A stretch of 58,727 bases of DNA from Candidatus Woesearchaeota archaeon (GTDB lineage: Archaea > Nanobdellota > Nanobdellia > Pacearchaeales > GW2011-AR1). A program made the position numbers and the translations under genes. This document shows positions 1 through 8,532 of this stretch, piece by piece; positions within the stretch are counted from its first letter, which is position 1, and every line of letters begins with the position of its first letter. The stretch is from contig CAYUCQ010000001.1 in assembly GCA_964443535.1 (NCBI GenBank), positions 1 through 58,727 of the forward strand, in the 5' to 3' direction. The notes beneath the pieces were generated by a model that ran no database searches, had not been told where the DNA came from, and was given only the letters and a program-made list of their open reading frames with translations.

Positions 1-2
1 AA

Positions 3-80
3 ACAAGAGCGTCAGACGAAGCAGAAACCAAATTCTATAAGTGCTTAAAGTGCAGCCATTCATGGAGAATCTATAGATAA
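3..80 (+). CDS. C-terminal fragment of a transcription factor S / RNAP subunit M-type zinc ribbon protein (5' end outside window)
   Basis: Frame 3 reads TRASDEAETKFYKCLKCSHSWRIYR*, resembling the conserved C-terminal Zn-ribbon of archaeal TFS. The TAA stop overlaps the ATG of the next ORF. Confidence 0.55.
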   Translation, partial: TRASDEAETKFYKCLKCSHSWRIYR

Positions 81-340
81 TGAAAATTGAGAAAAAAATC
101 TGGCCAGAGTTCTTCCAAAAAATAATGGAAGGAAAAAAGAATTTTGAGTTAAGATTGGCTGATTTTGAATGCAATCCTGGTGATGCTCTAATCTTAAAAG
201 AATGGAATCCAAAGACAAAACAATACACGGGAAGAGAAATAGAAAAAGAAGTCACTCATGTTATAAAGACTAAAAACCAAAGATTCTGGCCTGAAGAAGA
301 AGTAGACAAATATGGATTTCAGATAATCTCATTCAAATAA
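80..340 (+). CDS. small ASCH/PUA-like protein (DUF3850-like)
   Basis: 86-aa ORF. The KIWPEFFQKIMEGKKNFELR...GD.LILKEW....YTGR pattern resembles ASCH-fold DUF3850 proteins. Confidence 0.45.
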   Translation: MKIEKKIWPEFFQKIMEGKKNFELRLADFECNPGDALILKEWNPKTKQYTGREIEKEVTHVIKTKNQRFWPEEEVDKYGFQIISFK

Positions 341-636
341 AAGTATTCATTCTCTTTAACTGCGCTAAGCCATCTTTGAGTAGCATCATATTTTCTTGCA
401 GCCTGATATCCCCAAATTTCTATCAATAACATCTATATGATATCTACTCTTCCATCTTAGGGGTTATTCTAAGAGGTATTTGCGCATTTCTACCTCCCAT
501 AAACTTACTCTGGGAAATAGGGTCTTTATCATCACTCATATGACTCCGCTTCATTTTGAATATTTAAATTAATCTATTCTCAGCTATAATATCGCATTAA
601 CAACTTTTTTAAACCAATTAATTCTCCAATTATCAG

Positions 637-729
637 GGTTCCGTAGCTCAGCCTGGCAGAGCACTAGGCTCTTAAACAATAGTTGATAGAGTTACCTAGG
701 TGTCGCGGGTTCAAATCCCGTCGGGACCA
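637..729 (+). tRNA. tRNA-Lys(CUU) with a 19-nt canonical intron (675..693)
   Basis: Acceptor GGTTCCG/CGGGACC, D arm GCTC-AGCCTGGCA-GAGC, anticodon stem CTAGG/CCTAG, T arm GCGGG-TTCAAAT-CCCGT, discriminator A, no encoded CCA. Loop is CT-CTT-A then intron. A 4-bp helix (669-672/688-691) is flanked by two 3-nt bulges, giving a bulge-helix-bulge motif at position 37/38. Confidence 0.85.
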
Positions 730-797
730 GTTCGTTTTCCGCAGCGAGAAAGCCCGCAACGAAGTGAGGAGCTTCGCAGCAAGAGAAAACGAACTGG
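727..797. repeat. perfect 13-bp inverted repeat (CCAGTTCGTTTTC / GAAAACGAACTGG) enclosing a 45-nt relatively GC-rich loop, overlapping the tRNA-Lys 3' end
   Basis: Arms at 727-739 and 785-797 are exact reverse complements. The loop contains a further GAAG..CTTC mini-hairpin. Confidence 0.7.
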
Positions 798-839
798 AGG
801 AACCGCGCAACAAGAGCGAACAAAGTTAAGAAGAAAAAA

Positions 840-1211
840 ATGAAATTCAATCAATCACTTAGAAACCAAATAGGAAAATATCAAGATTACGTGATAATTG
901 TAGAAGGAAATAAAGATGTTAATGCCTTAAAGGCATTGGGTTTTCAAAATGTTCACGCAATACACTCAACAGGCGTTTCGCTCAAAGAAAGAGCAGAGCA
1001 AATTGCAAGTCAGTTAACCAAAAAAGACAAGGTATGCATCCTCACAGACCTTGACAAAAGAGGAAGGCAATTATACCACTTATTAAAAACAATTTTTCAA
1101 GAGCTTGGCGCACGTTTAGACTCAACTTTCAGAGGCATATTGATAAAATCAAAGGTCTCTCACATTGAAGGCCTTGACAAATTTATAGATAAAATAGAAG
1201 CAATTGAATAA
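840..1211 (+). CDS. stand-alone Toprim domain protein (RNase M5 / DnaG-Toprim-like)
   Basis: Has VIIVEGNKDVNALKALGF (Toprim Glu) and ILTDLDKRGRQL (DxD motif). 123 aa, with no zinc finger or helicase-binding domain. Confidence 0.6.
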   Translation: MKFNQSLRNQIGKYQDYVIIVEGNKDVNALKALGFQNVHAIHSTGVSLKERAEQIASQLTKKDKVCILTDLDKRGRQLYHLLKTIFQELGARLDSTFRGILIKSKVSHIEGLDKFIDKIEAIE

Positions 1212-1215
1212 TCAA

Positions 1216-1479
1216 TCAAAGACGAATTTTATACTTTTTATTCTCTCGCCTGAAAGAGGAATAATTAGAAATAAAAACATTATCACTATCCCTCTTAAAT
1301 CTTAATCGTACTCTATTCAACAAATCAGTCCTATCATTATCAGAATCAACCATATTAGTATCAAATATAGCTACATATCTATCTTCTCCATAAATCCTTA
1401 AAATATCATCAATATATTCAAAAAAATAATTCGCATTTAATAAATAATCTAAAGACTTATCTGATTCACCCATAATCAA
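1216..1479 (-). CDS. hypothetical protein, 4-nt overlap with upstream wHTH gene
   Basis: 87-aa ORF co-oriented and overlapping with 1476..1739. No recognisable motif. Confidence 0.35.
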   Translation of the reverse strand: MIMGESDKSLDYLLNANYFFEYIDDILRIYGEDRYVAIFDTNMVDSDNDRTDLLNRVRLRFKRDSDNVFISNYSSFRRENKKYKIRL

Positions 1480-1739
1480 ATTCTCTCTTTGATATTCTCT
1501 ATATTTTCAGCAATTTCCTGTCCTTTCTTTGTCAGCTTTATCAGCTTAATCCTTCCCTTTTTCTCAAATCCAACAAGGCTTAATCTCTCCAAGCTCTGCA
1601 AAATCTTGACAGCATGGCTATAAGTGCAATCAACTTCTTTTGCTAGAACACTGCCATATCTCGCTCTGCTGATTCTCTTTAATGCAACCAGCATCAAGGC
1701 CGGTTTTCTCCTGAAAAATATGTCAAAGTTGTCTTTCAT
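1476..1739 (-). CDS. winged helix-turn-helix transcriptional regulator (ArsR/MarR-like)
   Basis: GSVLAKEVDCTYSHAVKILQSLERLSLVGFEKKGRIKLIKLTKKG is a typical wHTH recognition helix plus wing. Confidence 0.6.
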   Translation of the reverse strand: MKDNFDIFFRRKPALMLVALKRISRARYGSVLAKEVDCTYSHAVKILQSLERLSLVGFEKKGRIKLIKLTKKGQEIAENIENIKERI

Positions 1740-1850
1740 CTTAAAATATACTTTCTAAACTATATATTAAAGCCTTATTGCTCCTTTTAAAGTTTTCTAA
1801 AGCATTGTTATTCTAAAAAGTAACAAAATACCACTTGTTGAATACAACAT

Positions 1851-1925
1851 CAAAAAAACTTTGAATCTCTTCGTTAGTTTTTTAGAGGATCAAGATTGCA
1901 CTCATGCATAAACAATCTTGACATA
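1851..1925 (+). repeat. 75-nt intergenic repeat, copy A (second copy at 38130..38204)
   Basis: 65/75 identical to copy B with no indels. Contains an A7C...GT6 hairpin and a CAAGATTG...CAATCTTG hairpin. Confidence 0.8.
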
Positions 1926-1931
1926 TAAATC

Positions 1932-2441
1932 TCAAGACAACTCATCATAAATCTTCAAATATCCTTTTGCAGCTAACTCTAATTTTCCTGCAACAAGCTC
2001 AGCACTGCTTTGCCCGCTTCTAAAAGATTCTTTAATATAATCTCTATCTAAAACCATTTTAGCTCCTTCTTCCTTGCTTGTCCTGATTATAATGTCTTCG
2101 CCTTCTATTTCTCCTCTATCAACATTTACACTCCCACGAATGACTTCAGCGCTGAAAATATCGTCCCCAACATAAAGATTAATTTTAGGATTGCTTCCAA
2201 ATATTGGCTTGCTCAAATCACTTGCTCCAATGCTTATCAGTAAATAATAAACAAAACTCTCATCAAACCTTGCAGCAGCTTCTTCAACGCTCAAGCCTTC
2301 TGCAGGATTTGCAAGTCCTGCACCTGCAGAACCTCCTTCATAGCTCTTCTCCTCACGCAATCCAAAATAATAATAATAGCTAATTCCAACTATCAAAACA
2401 ACAGCAAGAACAGCCAATAAAATAATTACCCTCTTTTTCAT
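1932..2441 (-). CDS. N-terminally membrane-anchored hypothetical protein
   Basis: MKKRVIILLAVLAVVLIVGISYYYYF is a hydrophobic N-terminal anchor followed by a soluble domain. Confidence 0.5.
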   Translation of the reverse strand: MKKRVIILLAVLAVVLIVGISYYYYFGLREEKSYEGGSAGAGLANPAEGLSVEEAAARFDESFVYYLLISIGASDLSKPIFGSNPKINLYVGDDIFSAEVIRGSVNVDRGEIEGEDIIIRTSKEEGAKMVLDRDYIKESFRSGQSSAELVAGKLELAAKGYLKIYDELS

Positions 2442-2465
2442 TGCAAAATCAATAATTCTCTGTTT

Positions 2466-3005
2466 TTATTCTTTGCCAATTTTGCATAAATATCTTATAT
2501 TATTAAGCATATTCAGAAAAATATCTCCAAAATCTTTGCGATAAAATATTTCCTCTTTTAATTCTTTTTTATGGTGCTCATATATCTTCCACCCTACACC
2601 TTTAACAGGATCAATAAAAGAATTAGCAATTCCTGAATATAGAATCTCCTTCTTACCTCTCTTTTCAAACTTAGCAAGAGGAACTCTAATTCTCGTAAAT
2701 AAAGTTAAAGCTTCTCTAAAAATTTTATTTATTTTTTCTTTAAAGACATCTTTATTTTTAGTTATTTTTTCGACTAATCTAATAATCTCATAAGCTCCAA
2801 TAATCCATAATTTAGAGAGGACTATATATCTAGCAATTCTAGAAAGATCTTCTGGTAACTGCAAACCTATTTTTAATTGTAAAAGTTCTTCTAATAACTC
2901 AACATCTAATATGCCTAGACCTTGAACTTCAGAAAGTAAAAGCATTTCTATATACTGCATACCAAAAGAGCTATTAATCCACTCAGAGTATCTATTTTTA
3001 TCCAT
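2466..3005 (-). CDS. hypothetical protein
   Basis: 179-aa ORF with consistent codon usage and no recognisable motif. Confidence 0.4.
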   Translation of the reverse strand: MDKNRYSEWINSSFGMQYIEMLLLSEVQGLGILDVELLEELLQLKIGLQLPEDLSRIARYIVLSKLWIIGAYEIIRLVEKITKNKDVFKEKINKIFREALTLFTRIRVPLAKFEKRGKKEILYSGIANSFIDPVKGVGWKIYEHHKKELKEEIFYRKDFGDIFLNMLNNIRYLCKIGKE

Positions 3006-3103
3006 TATATATCCCTAAATATATTAGAATTAACATAAACTCCATTCAAAAACATTTCCACATCTTTAAAAACCTTTATAACTCTTGCTCTACAGTTTAA
3101 AAC

Positions 3104-3712
3104 ATGGCAAAGAAACTGAAAATTCTGGCAGCATCAGATTTGCACGGAGATTCACGCCAAGTCAAAAAACTGGCTGAAAGAGCAGAGAAAGAAAAAGTAG
3201 ATTTAGTCATACTTTGCGGAGATATAACTGGATTTGTTGAAACAAAAAACATCATAAAGCCATTCAAGGAAAAAAACAAGCACGTTCTTCTAATTCCAGG
3301 AAATTGGGATTCATTTGCAACAGCAGATTTCCTTGCAAATGTTTACGGAGTAAAAAATATTCACGGCTATTCTGTCCAATATGAAAACATAGGATTTTTT
3401 GGCGCAGGCGGAGCAGAAGGTCCTGGCCCTGGCAGAATAACTGAAAAAGAACTATTAGATACTCTTGAAAAAGCGCATCATGGAATAAAAAACATAGAAA
3501 AGAAAATAATGGTGACGCACATGCATCCTTCTCCAAGCATGTCTGAATTTTCAGGAATAAAAGGCAGTGAAGCAATAACAAAAGCAGTTAAAAAATTCAA
3601 GCCCGCTTTCCTCCTGCATGGCCATATCCATGAAGCCTCAGGCATTGAAGAAAAAATAGGCAATACAAAAATAATCAATGTCGGAAAAGAAGGCAAGATT
3701 ATTGAGATTTGA
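3104..3712 (+). CDS. calcineurin-like metallophosphoesterase
   Basis: Motifs SDLHGD, LCGDITG, GNWD, THMHP and GHIHE appear in canonical order. Confidence 0.8.
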   Translation: MAKKLKILAASDLHGDSRQVKKLAERAEKEKVDLVILCGDITGFVETKNIIKPFKEKNKHVLLIPGNWDSFATADFLANVYGVKNIHGYSVQYENIGFFGAGGAEGPGPGRITEKELLDTLEKAHHGIKNIEKKIMVTHMHPSPSMSEFSGIKGSEAITKAVKKFKPAFLLHGHIHEASGIEEKIGNTKIINVGKEGKIIEI

Positions 3713-3777
3713 ACTTTATCATAAATTTTGGTAAAGAACTTCGTCAGGTTTATAACATTTAATTCTATCATTAAATT

Positions 3778-4224
3778 ATGGGCAAAAATGATTTTGGTTT
3801 GTATATAGATGAAAATATTAGTAAAGGGCTTGCTGAGCATTTAAAAGAAGATCACAACTTAAATATAAAATGTGCAAAATCATTAGGTAAAAGCGGCCAT
3901 GCAGATTCAAGAGTTTTACAAGAAGCAAATAAATTAAATAGACTTCTTCTCACAAATGATGAAGATTTTATAAAAGACCATCATAAATTCCCATTTAAGA
4001 ATTTAGTCGGAATTATAAAAATAAATGAAAGCAAAGAATTTGATGCTTGTCAAGATATCGATGTTCTTTGTTCCCATAGATCATTGAAAGAAATTTATGG
4101 AAAGAAGATCATTATTTCTAAAAATAGAATAAAACTTCTATCTCAAAATAAAGAGGGTAGCATAAAAGAAGAGGATATTAAAGAAGGAGAATGCCCTTGT
4201 AAATTAAATCCAAATAAAAGATAA
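3778..4224 (+). CDS. PIN-like/Mut7-C-like (DUF5615-type) protein
   Basis: N-terminus LYIDENISKGLAEHL...GHADSRVLQEANKLNRLLLTNDEDF resembles the DUF5615 pattern (D-E-N ... D ... T-D-D-F). Confidence 0.4.
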   Translation: MGKNDFGLYIDENISKGLAEHLKEDHNLNIKCAKSLGKSGHADSRVLQEANKLNRLLLTNDEDFIKDHHKFPFKNLVGIIKINESKEFDACQDIDVLCSHRSLKEIYGKKIIISKNRIKLLSQNKEGSIKEEDIKEGECPCKLNPNKR

Positions 4225-4318
4225 TTATTGTTTATTCTAGAATATAGCATTCTCCTCGCAATCACAATAAAAACTATATACTTTTAAACCATAATTATAT
4301 TCTAGGAAACTCGCTAAA

Positions 4319-6601
4319 ATGCCGGTAAAAGATTTTATTCCAATACAGGATGCAAGGCTTACTATAGAAAAAGAAGTAAAGCCAAAGCTGACAACAAAAG
4401 AGCTGACAACTATAGAAAAGCCAGGCATTCCTGTTCCAGCGCTTCAGCTGATGCCGCAAAAAAAGAAAGCAAGAGTTAAAATTCAAAAGCCGAAAAAAGA
4501 GCCCAGTTCTATAATGGAGCCAAAAGCAGATTCAATATTAATAATAACAGAAAAGCCGCAGGCTGCTGAAAAAATAGCAAATGCAATCGGCCATCCAATA
4601 AGGCGCGTAGAAAACAGGGTTTCATATTACGAGCTTAATCGCGGCTCTGAAAAAATTATGGTTGCTTCAGCAGTAGGGCATTTATTCAATTTAACTTACA
4701 TTAAAGGGCAAAAAGGATGGCCTGTCTTTAATATTGAATGGACTCCTTCATTCTTGTCAAAGAGAGCAGAATTCACAAAATCATATCATGATGTTCTAAA
4801 GAAGCTCTCAAAAAAAGCAAAAGAAATAATAGTTGCAACAGACTATGACATAGAAGGCGAAGTAATAGGCTGGAATGTTGTAAGATTCATATGCGGAAAA
4901 GATTCTGCAAAAAGAATGAAATATTCAACTCTGACAAAAGATGAATTAGTAAGGTCTTATGAAAATCCCATGCCAGAATTAGACTGGGGACAAGCTTATG
5001 CAGGAGAAACACGCCATATTCTTGACTGGCTTTATGGAATAAATCTCTCAAGAGCATTGATGTCTTCAATAAAAAATCAAGGCTCATTTAAGATTCTCTC
5101 AATAGGTCGAGTCCAAGGCCCTGCATTGAAAATAATAGTTGACAAAGAAAGAGAAATAGACAATTTTAAATCAGTGCCTTTCTGGGAAGTATCTGCTTTC
5201 GTAAATTCAAAGGAGGGGGGAACCTTGGTGCCCCGGGAATATAAACATCCAAAAGACATATTTAACGAAAAAGAGCTGGAAAAATTCAAGGACATAAAAG
5301 AAGCTGATGCAGAAACAAAAAAAACAGAAGAATATCTTCCTCCTCCCCATCCATTTGATTTGACAACTCTACAAAGAGAAGCTTACAGGCTTCACAATAT
5401 AAGCCCTTCTCAAACTCTTACAGCAGCTCAAAAATTATACTTGGACAGCCTTATATCTTATCCAAGAACATCATCGCAAAAAATACCTCCTTCAATAGAA
5501 CCAAAAAAAATTCTTAAAGAATTAGAAAAGCATTTTCCGCAATATGCAAAACTTGCAACTAGAGCAAAGCCAATAGAAGGAAAAAAAGCAGACCCAGCTC
5601 ATCCATCAATTTATCCAACAGGCGAATTCAAAGCTCTTTCAGGCAATGAACAAAAACTTTACGAGCTAATAGTAAAGAGATTTATTTCTGTATTCTCTCC
5701 AGATGCAATAACTCATAATAAAAGAATAAAATTAACAGCAATAAAGAATAATGAAGAAATAATATTCACAAATTCAGGACTGAAAATAAAAGAAAAGGGC
5801 TGGACAAAAATATATCCTGCAATATTGCAGGAAAAAGATATCCCTGACTTAAACGGAAAAGTAAAAATAGATGAAATAAAGCATTTTAAAAAAGAGACAC
5901 AGCCCCCAAAAAGATTTACTCCAACATCACTAATAACATTAATGGAAAAAAAGAATCTTGGAACAAAAACAACTCGCAGCCTTATAATAGAAACTTTGTT
6001 TGACCGAGGTTATTTAGACGGAAAAAGCATAAAAGCAACAAAGCTCGGAATCAAGCTTATAGAGTCGTTAGAAAAATATTCTCCAATAATAATAGACGAA
6101 AATCTTACAAGAAAAATGGAAGAAGAAATGGATTCAATACTTTCTTCAAAAGAAAATCTTAAGGAAAAAGAAAAAGGCATAATAAGCAAGATAGAGCACA
6201 TAATAACAGATATTTCAAAAGAATTCAAGATAAAAGAAGCAGAAATAGGAAAAGCTCTTTTAGAAGGAATACAAGAGCACATAAAAGAAGAGCGCGAGAA
6301 TAACACCTTGATTCAATGCCCCACGTGTAAACAGGGAAATCTAAGAATACTTTATTCAAAAAAAACTAGAAGATCTTTTGTAGCTTGTTCTGCCTATCCA
6401 GAATGCAGACAGACTTACAATCTTCCGCCGAATGCACTCATAAAAAAATCAGGAAAAAACTGCGAAACATGCAATTATCCAAAACTCCTCTCAATAAAAA
6501 AAGCAAAACGCCCTTGGGAATTCTGCTTTAATCCAAATTGCCCAATAGTTATAAAAAGAAGAGAAGAATGGGAAGCCAAGAAATCTGCTCAAAATGTCTA
6601 A
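4319..6601 (+). CDS. topA: DNA topoisomerase, type IA
   Basis: Toprim motifs (LIITEKPQAAEKIA; ATDYDIEGEVIGWN), active-site Tyr motif ISYPRTSSQ, and two C-terminal Zn ribbons (CPTCKQ...CSAYPEC; CETCNYP...CFNPNCP). The true start may be the internal Met near 4514. Confidence 0.9.
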   Translation: MPVKDFIPIQDARLTIEKEVKPKLTTKELTTIEKPGIPVPALQLMPQKKKARVKIQKPKKEPSSIMEPKADSILIITEKPQAAEKIANAIGHPIRRVENRVSYYELNRGSEKIMVASAVGHLFNLTYIKGQKGWPVFNIEWTPSFLSKRAEFTKSYHDVLKKLSKKAKEIIVATDYDIEGEVIGWNVVRFICGKDSAKRMKYSTLTKDELVRSYENPMPELDWGQAYAGETRHILDWLYGINLSRALMSSIKNQGSFKILSIGRVQGPALKIIVDKEREIDNFKSVPFWEVSAFVNSKEGGTLVPREYKHPKDIFNEKELEKFKDIKEADAETKKTEEYLPPPHPFDLTTLQREAYRLHNISPSQTLTAAQKLYLDSLISYPRTSSQKIPPSIEPKKILKELEKHFPQYAKLATRAKPIEGKKADPAHPSIYPTGEFKALSGNEQKLYELIVKRFISVFSPDAITHNKRIKLTAIKNNEEIIFTNSGLKIKEKGWTKIYPAILQEKDIPDLNGKVKIDEIKHFKKETQPPKRFTPTSLITLMEKKNLGTKTTRSLIIETLFDRGYLDGKSIKATKLGIKLIESLEKYSPIIIDENLTRKMEEEMDSILSSKENLKEKEKGIISKIEHIITDISKEFKIKEAEIGKALLEGIQEHIKEERENNTLIQCPTCKQGNLRILYSKKTRRSFVACSAYPECRQTYNLPPNALIKKSGKNCETCNYPKLLSIKKAKRPWEFCFNPNCPIVIKRREEWEAKKSAQNV

Positions 6602-6664
6602 AATTCAATAATGTAGTTGCTAAAAGATACAAATAATTATAAAAGAATATCTTTTCCAATCTCT

Positions 6665-7086
6665 ATGAAAATATACTTTGCTGGCTCAATCAGAGGAGGA
6701 AGAGATGACGCAGATTTATATTTACAAAGATTAGACACCTCCAACAATATGGAGAAGTGCTTACTGAACATGTTGGTGATAAAAGATTAGCACTTCTAGG
6801 TGAAGATGGAAAAACTGATGACTATATTCATAAAAGAGATATGAGTTGGATTCTAAAATCTAATGTAATTGTTGCAGAAGTAACAACACCAAGCCTTGGA
6901 GTTGGCTATGAAATCGGTAGAGGAGTGGAAAATAAAAAAGAGATTTTATGTTTGCATAGACCTCAAGATGGAAAAAGTCTATCTGCTATGATATCGGGAT
7001 GTCCAGATGTAACAAATAGACAATATAGAAATCTGGACGAAGCAAGACAAATTATAGATGAGTTCTTTCAGTTAAAATTTAGATAA
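6665..7086 (+). pseudogene. 2'-deoxynucleoside 5'-phosphate N-hydrolase (DNPH1/Rcl-like), interrupted by one frameshift near 6722-6735
   Basis: The ATG at 6665 gives MKIYFAGSIRGGRDDADLYL, the conserved family N-terminus. The rest (HLQQYGEVLTEHVGD...VAEVTTPSLGVGYEIGR...LSAMISG) continues in another frame (ORF 6757..7086). Confidence 0.7.
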
Positions 7087-7102
7087 TAGAAACTATTCAA
7101 GC

Positions 7103-7489
7103 TCAATTCAAATAAACAACACCATCAATTTTTCTTATGAAATTATCTCCCATAACAACATCTCCCGTGACATTAAAAACAGGCAATACAATAGCATGCC
7201 TGTTTTCTATTCTTATATAAACAGAATCTTCCAAGATATTAATTTCATAGGCAATTCCCTCAATTCCATTGGGAAGCACAAAATGCCTTGAATATCCGTC
7301 GCTTGATGCAGATGCAAGCGCAACTTCATCCTGAACAGTGAGGGCAACTTCTCTAAGTGAAATATCTATTTTCTTTTTTACGTTGTCTGCTATGTTTGTC
7401 TGCACTGCAAGAAGAAAAGTTATAAAGAAAAACAAAGCCATTCCAAAAAGCGCAAGAAACTCAATTGCTGACTGGGCTTTTTTAGTCAT
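7103..7489 (-). CDS. archaeal type IV pilin-like protein (class III signal peptide)
   Basis: N-terminus MTKKAQSAIEFLALFGMALFFFITFLLAV has a basic residues-A-Q-S-x-x-E motif followed by a hydrophobic helix. Confidence 0.7.
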   Translation of the reverse strand: MTKKAQSAIEFLALFGMALFFFITFLLAVQTNIADNVKKKIDISLREVALTVQDEVALASASSDGYSRHFVLPNGIEGIAYEINILEDSVYIRIENRHAIVLPVFNVTGDVVMGDNFIRKIDGVVYLN

Positions 7490-7492
7490 GGC

Positions 7493-7906
7493 TCATCCCT
7501 CGCTCCAGACAACCCCGCTAGTCTGCGCAACAATATTAATTTTCTTTGCGCCTTCATTAATGCTCAAGCTTCCTTGAATTGGGACATTGCTTGTGAAAGC
7601 AATTCTCGAAACTCCTCCTGTGCTTGAAATGTTAAAAACCAAATTATTTTCAACTATTTCTATAGCTTCAACTCCAGAAGGCAGATAAGCAATTATTGTT
7701 GCTCTTGATGGCTCTCCTGAATAAAAAACACTTTCAGAGCTTGATATAATCTTGTTTGCAAAGTTCTGCAATTGGTTAAATTTAATTCTCTCTTTGGTTT
7801 GCTCAGAATAAAACAAGCTTACTCCTAAAGTGCTGATAATTAAAAATATTATAAATGCTACTGTAATAAGATATTCTATGCTAATTTGTCCTCTTCTTTC
7901 AATCAT
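7493..7906 (-). CDS. archaeal type IV pilin-like protein (class III signal peptide, DUF361-type QxSxEY motif)
   Basis: From the ATG at 7906 it reads MIERRGQISIEYLITVAFIIFLIISTLGV. The upstream TTG extension in the ORF track is less plausible. Confidence 0.7.
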   Translation of the reverse strand: MIERRGQISIEYLITVAFIIFLIISTLGVSLFYSEQTKERIKFNQLQNFANKIISSSESVFYSGEPSRATIIAYLPSGVEAIEIVENNLVFNISSTGGVSRIAFTSNVPIQGSLSINEGAKKINIVAQTSGVVWSEG

Positions 7907-7998
7907 TTTAAACTCTATTCCCGCTATAACTAACAAATCATGCCATAAAAAAATAGGAAAAAAGATATTTAAAGGTTCTTACTTTAATAAAATAAACA

Positions 7999-8523
7999 AT
8001 GGAGCATAAAAAGAGGCTGTTTGGGATATTAATATCTGTATTAGCCATAGTAGCTATCCTGCATCTTACAATGCAATTCACTATTTTCGGCACAGGCATT
8101 TCTGGCTTTTATGAAAATGGCATTTCAGGAATGTCAATAGGAAAGTTCAGCCCAGGAGATGAGCCAAGAAATATCTCTTCAGCTTCCCCTATATCAAAAT
8201 TTGTTTTAATAATTGAATGGGCTTTTCTCATTGGTGCGATGATATACATATTTGCAAGAAATAAAAGAGAGGCAAGAAAAGAAGCAGAAGAAGTAAAGCT
8301 TCCTCAAAAACGCAAGTTGGAAAAATCTGAAAAAAGCACTGAATTAGATACTCTTTATGATTTGCTAAAAGAAAAAAAGCACTTAAAGTTATCAACAATT
8401 TCCAAGCTCTTTAACATATCTAAGAAGGTGGCTTTAGACTGGGCAAAAACTTTAGAGTCAGGAAATCTTGCAACAATAACTTATCCAAGATTTGGAGAGC
8501 CAGAATTAGTATTGAACGAATAG
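7999..8523 (+). CDS. membrane protein with C-terminal winged-helix domain, first gene of the pilus assembly operon
   Basis: Two hydrophobic segments, a charged linker, then a C-terminal HTH-like segment LKLSTISKLFNISKKVALDWAKTLESGNLATI. Confidence 0.5.
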   Translation: MEHKKRLFGILISVLAIVAILHLTMQFTIFGTGISGFYENGISGMSIGKFSPGDEPRNISSASPISKFVLIIEWAFLIGAMIYIFARNKREARKEAEEVKLPQKRKLEKSEKSTELDTLYDLLKEKKHLKLSTISKLFNISKKVALDWAKTLESGNLATITYPRFGEPELVLNE

Positions 8524-8532
8524 AGGTATAAA

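Noticed and set aside
727-840. Integrated mobile element at the tRNA-Lys 3' end
   Set aside because: No integrase is present. I saw no direct repeat of the tRNA 3' end within the window and no compositional island downstream. Only the inverted repeat is reported.
1752-1818. Repeated TTTCTAAA octamers upstream of the wHTH regulator gene, considered as operator sites
   Set aside because: There are only two exact copies and one near copy in very AT-rich DNA, so chance occurrence is plausible. It is not strong enough to call.
1916-1930. TTGACA-TATAAAT in repeat copy A, resembling bacterial -35/-10 boxes
   Set aside because: The two hexamers are adjacent with no ~17-nt spacer, the host is archaeal, and copy B lacks the second box.
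3097-3840. Three minus-strand ORFs overlapping the metallophosphoesterase gene
   Set aside because: They lie antisense to a gene with all five phosphoesterase motifs and have no motifs of their own. The other antisense or alternate-frame ORFs in the track that overlap supported genes (for example within topA, valS, mcm, gatA, aspS, gatE and ftsZ) were dismissed for the same reason.
4319-4513. 65-aa N-terminal extension of topoisomerase IA
   Set aside because: I did not reject the gene, but the Lys/Pro-rich extension precedes the Toprim start (MEPKADSILIITEKPQ) and may be untranslated. I did not treat it as a separate feature.
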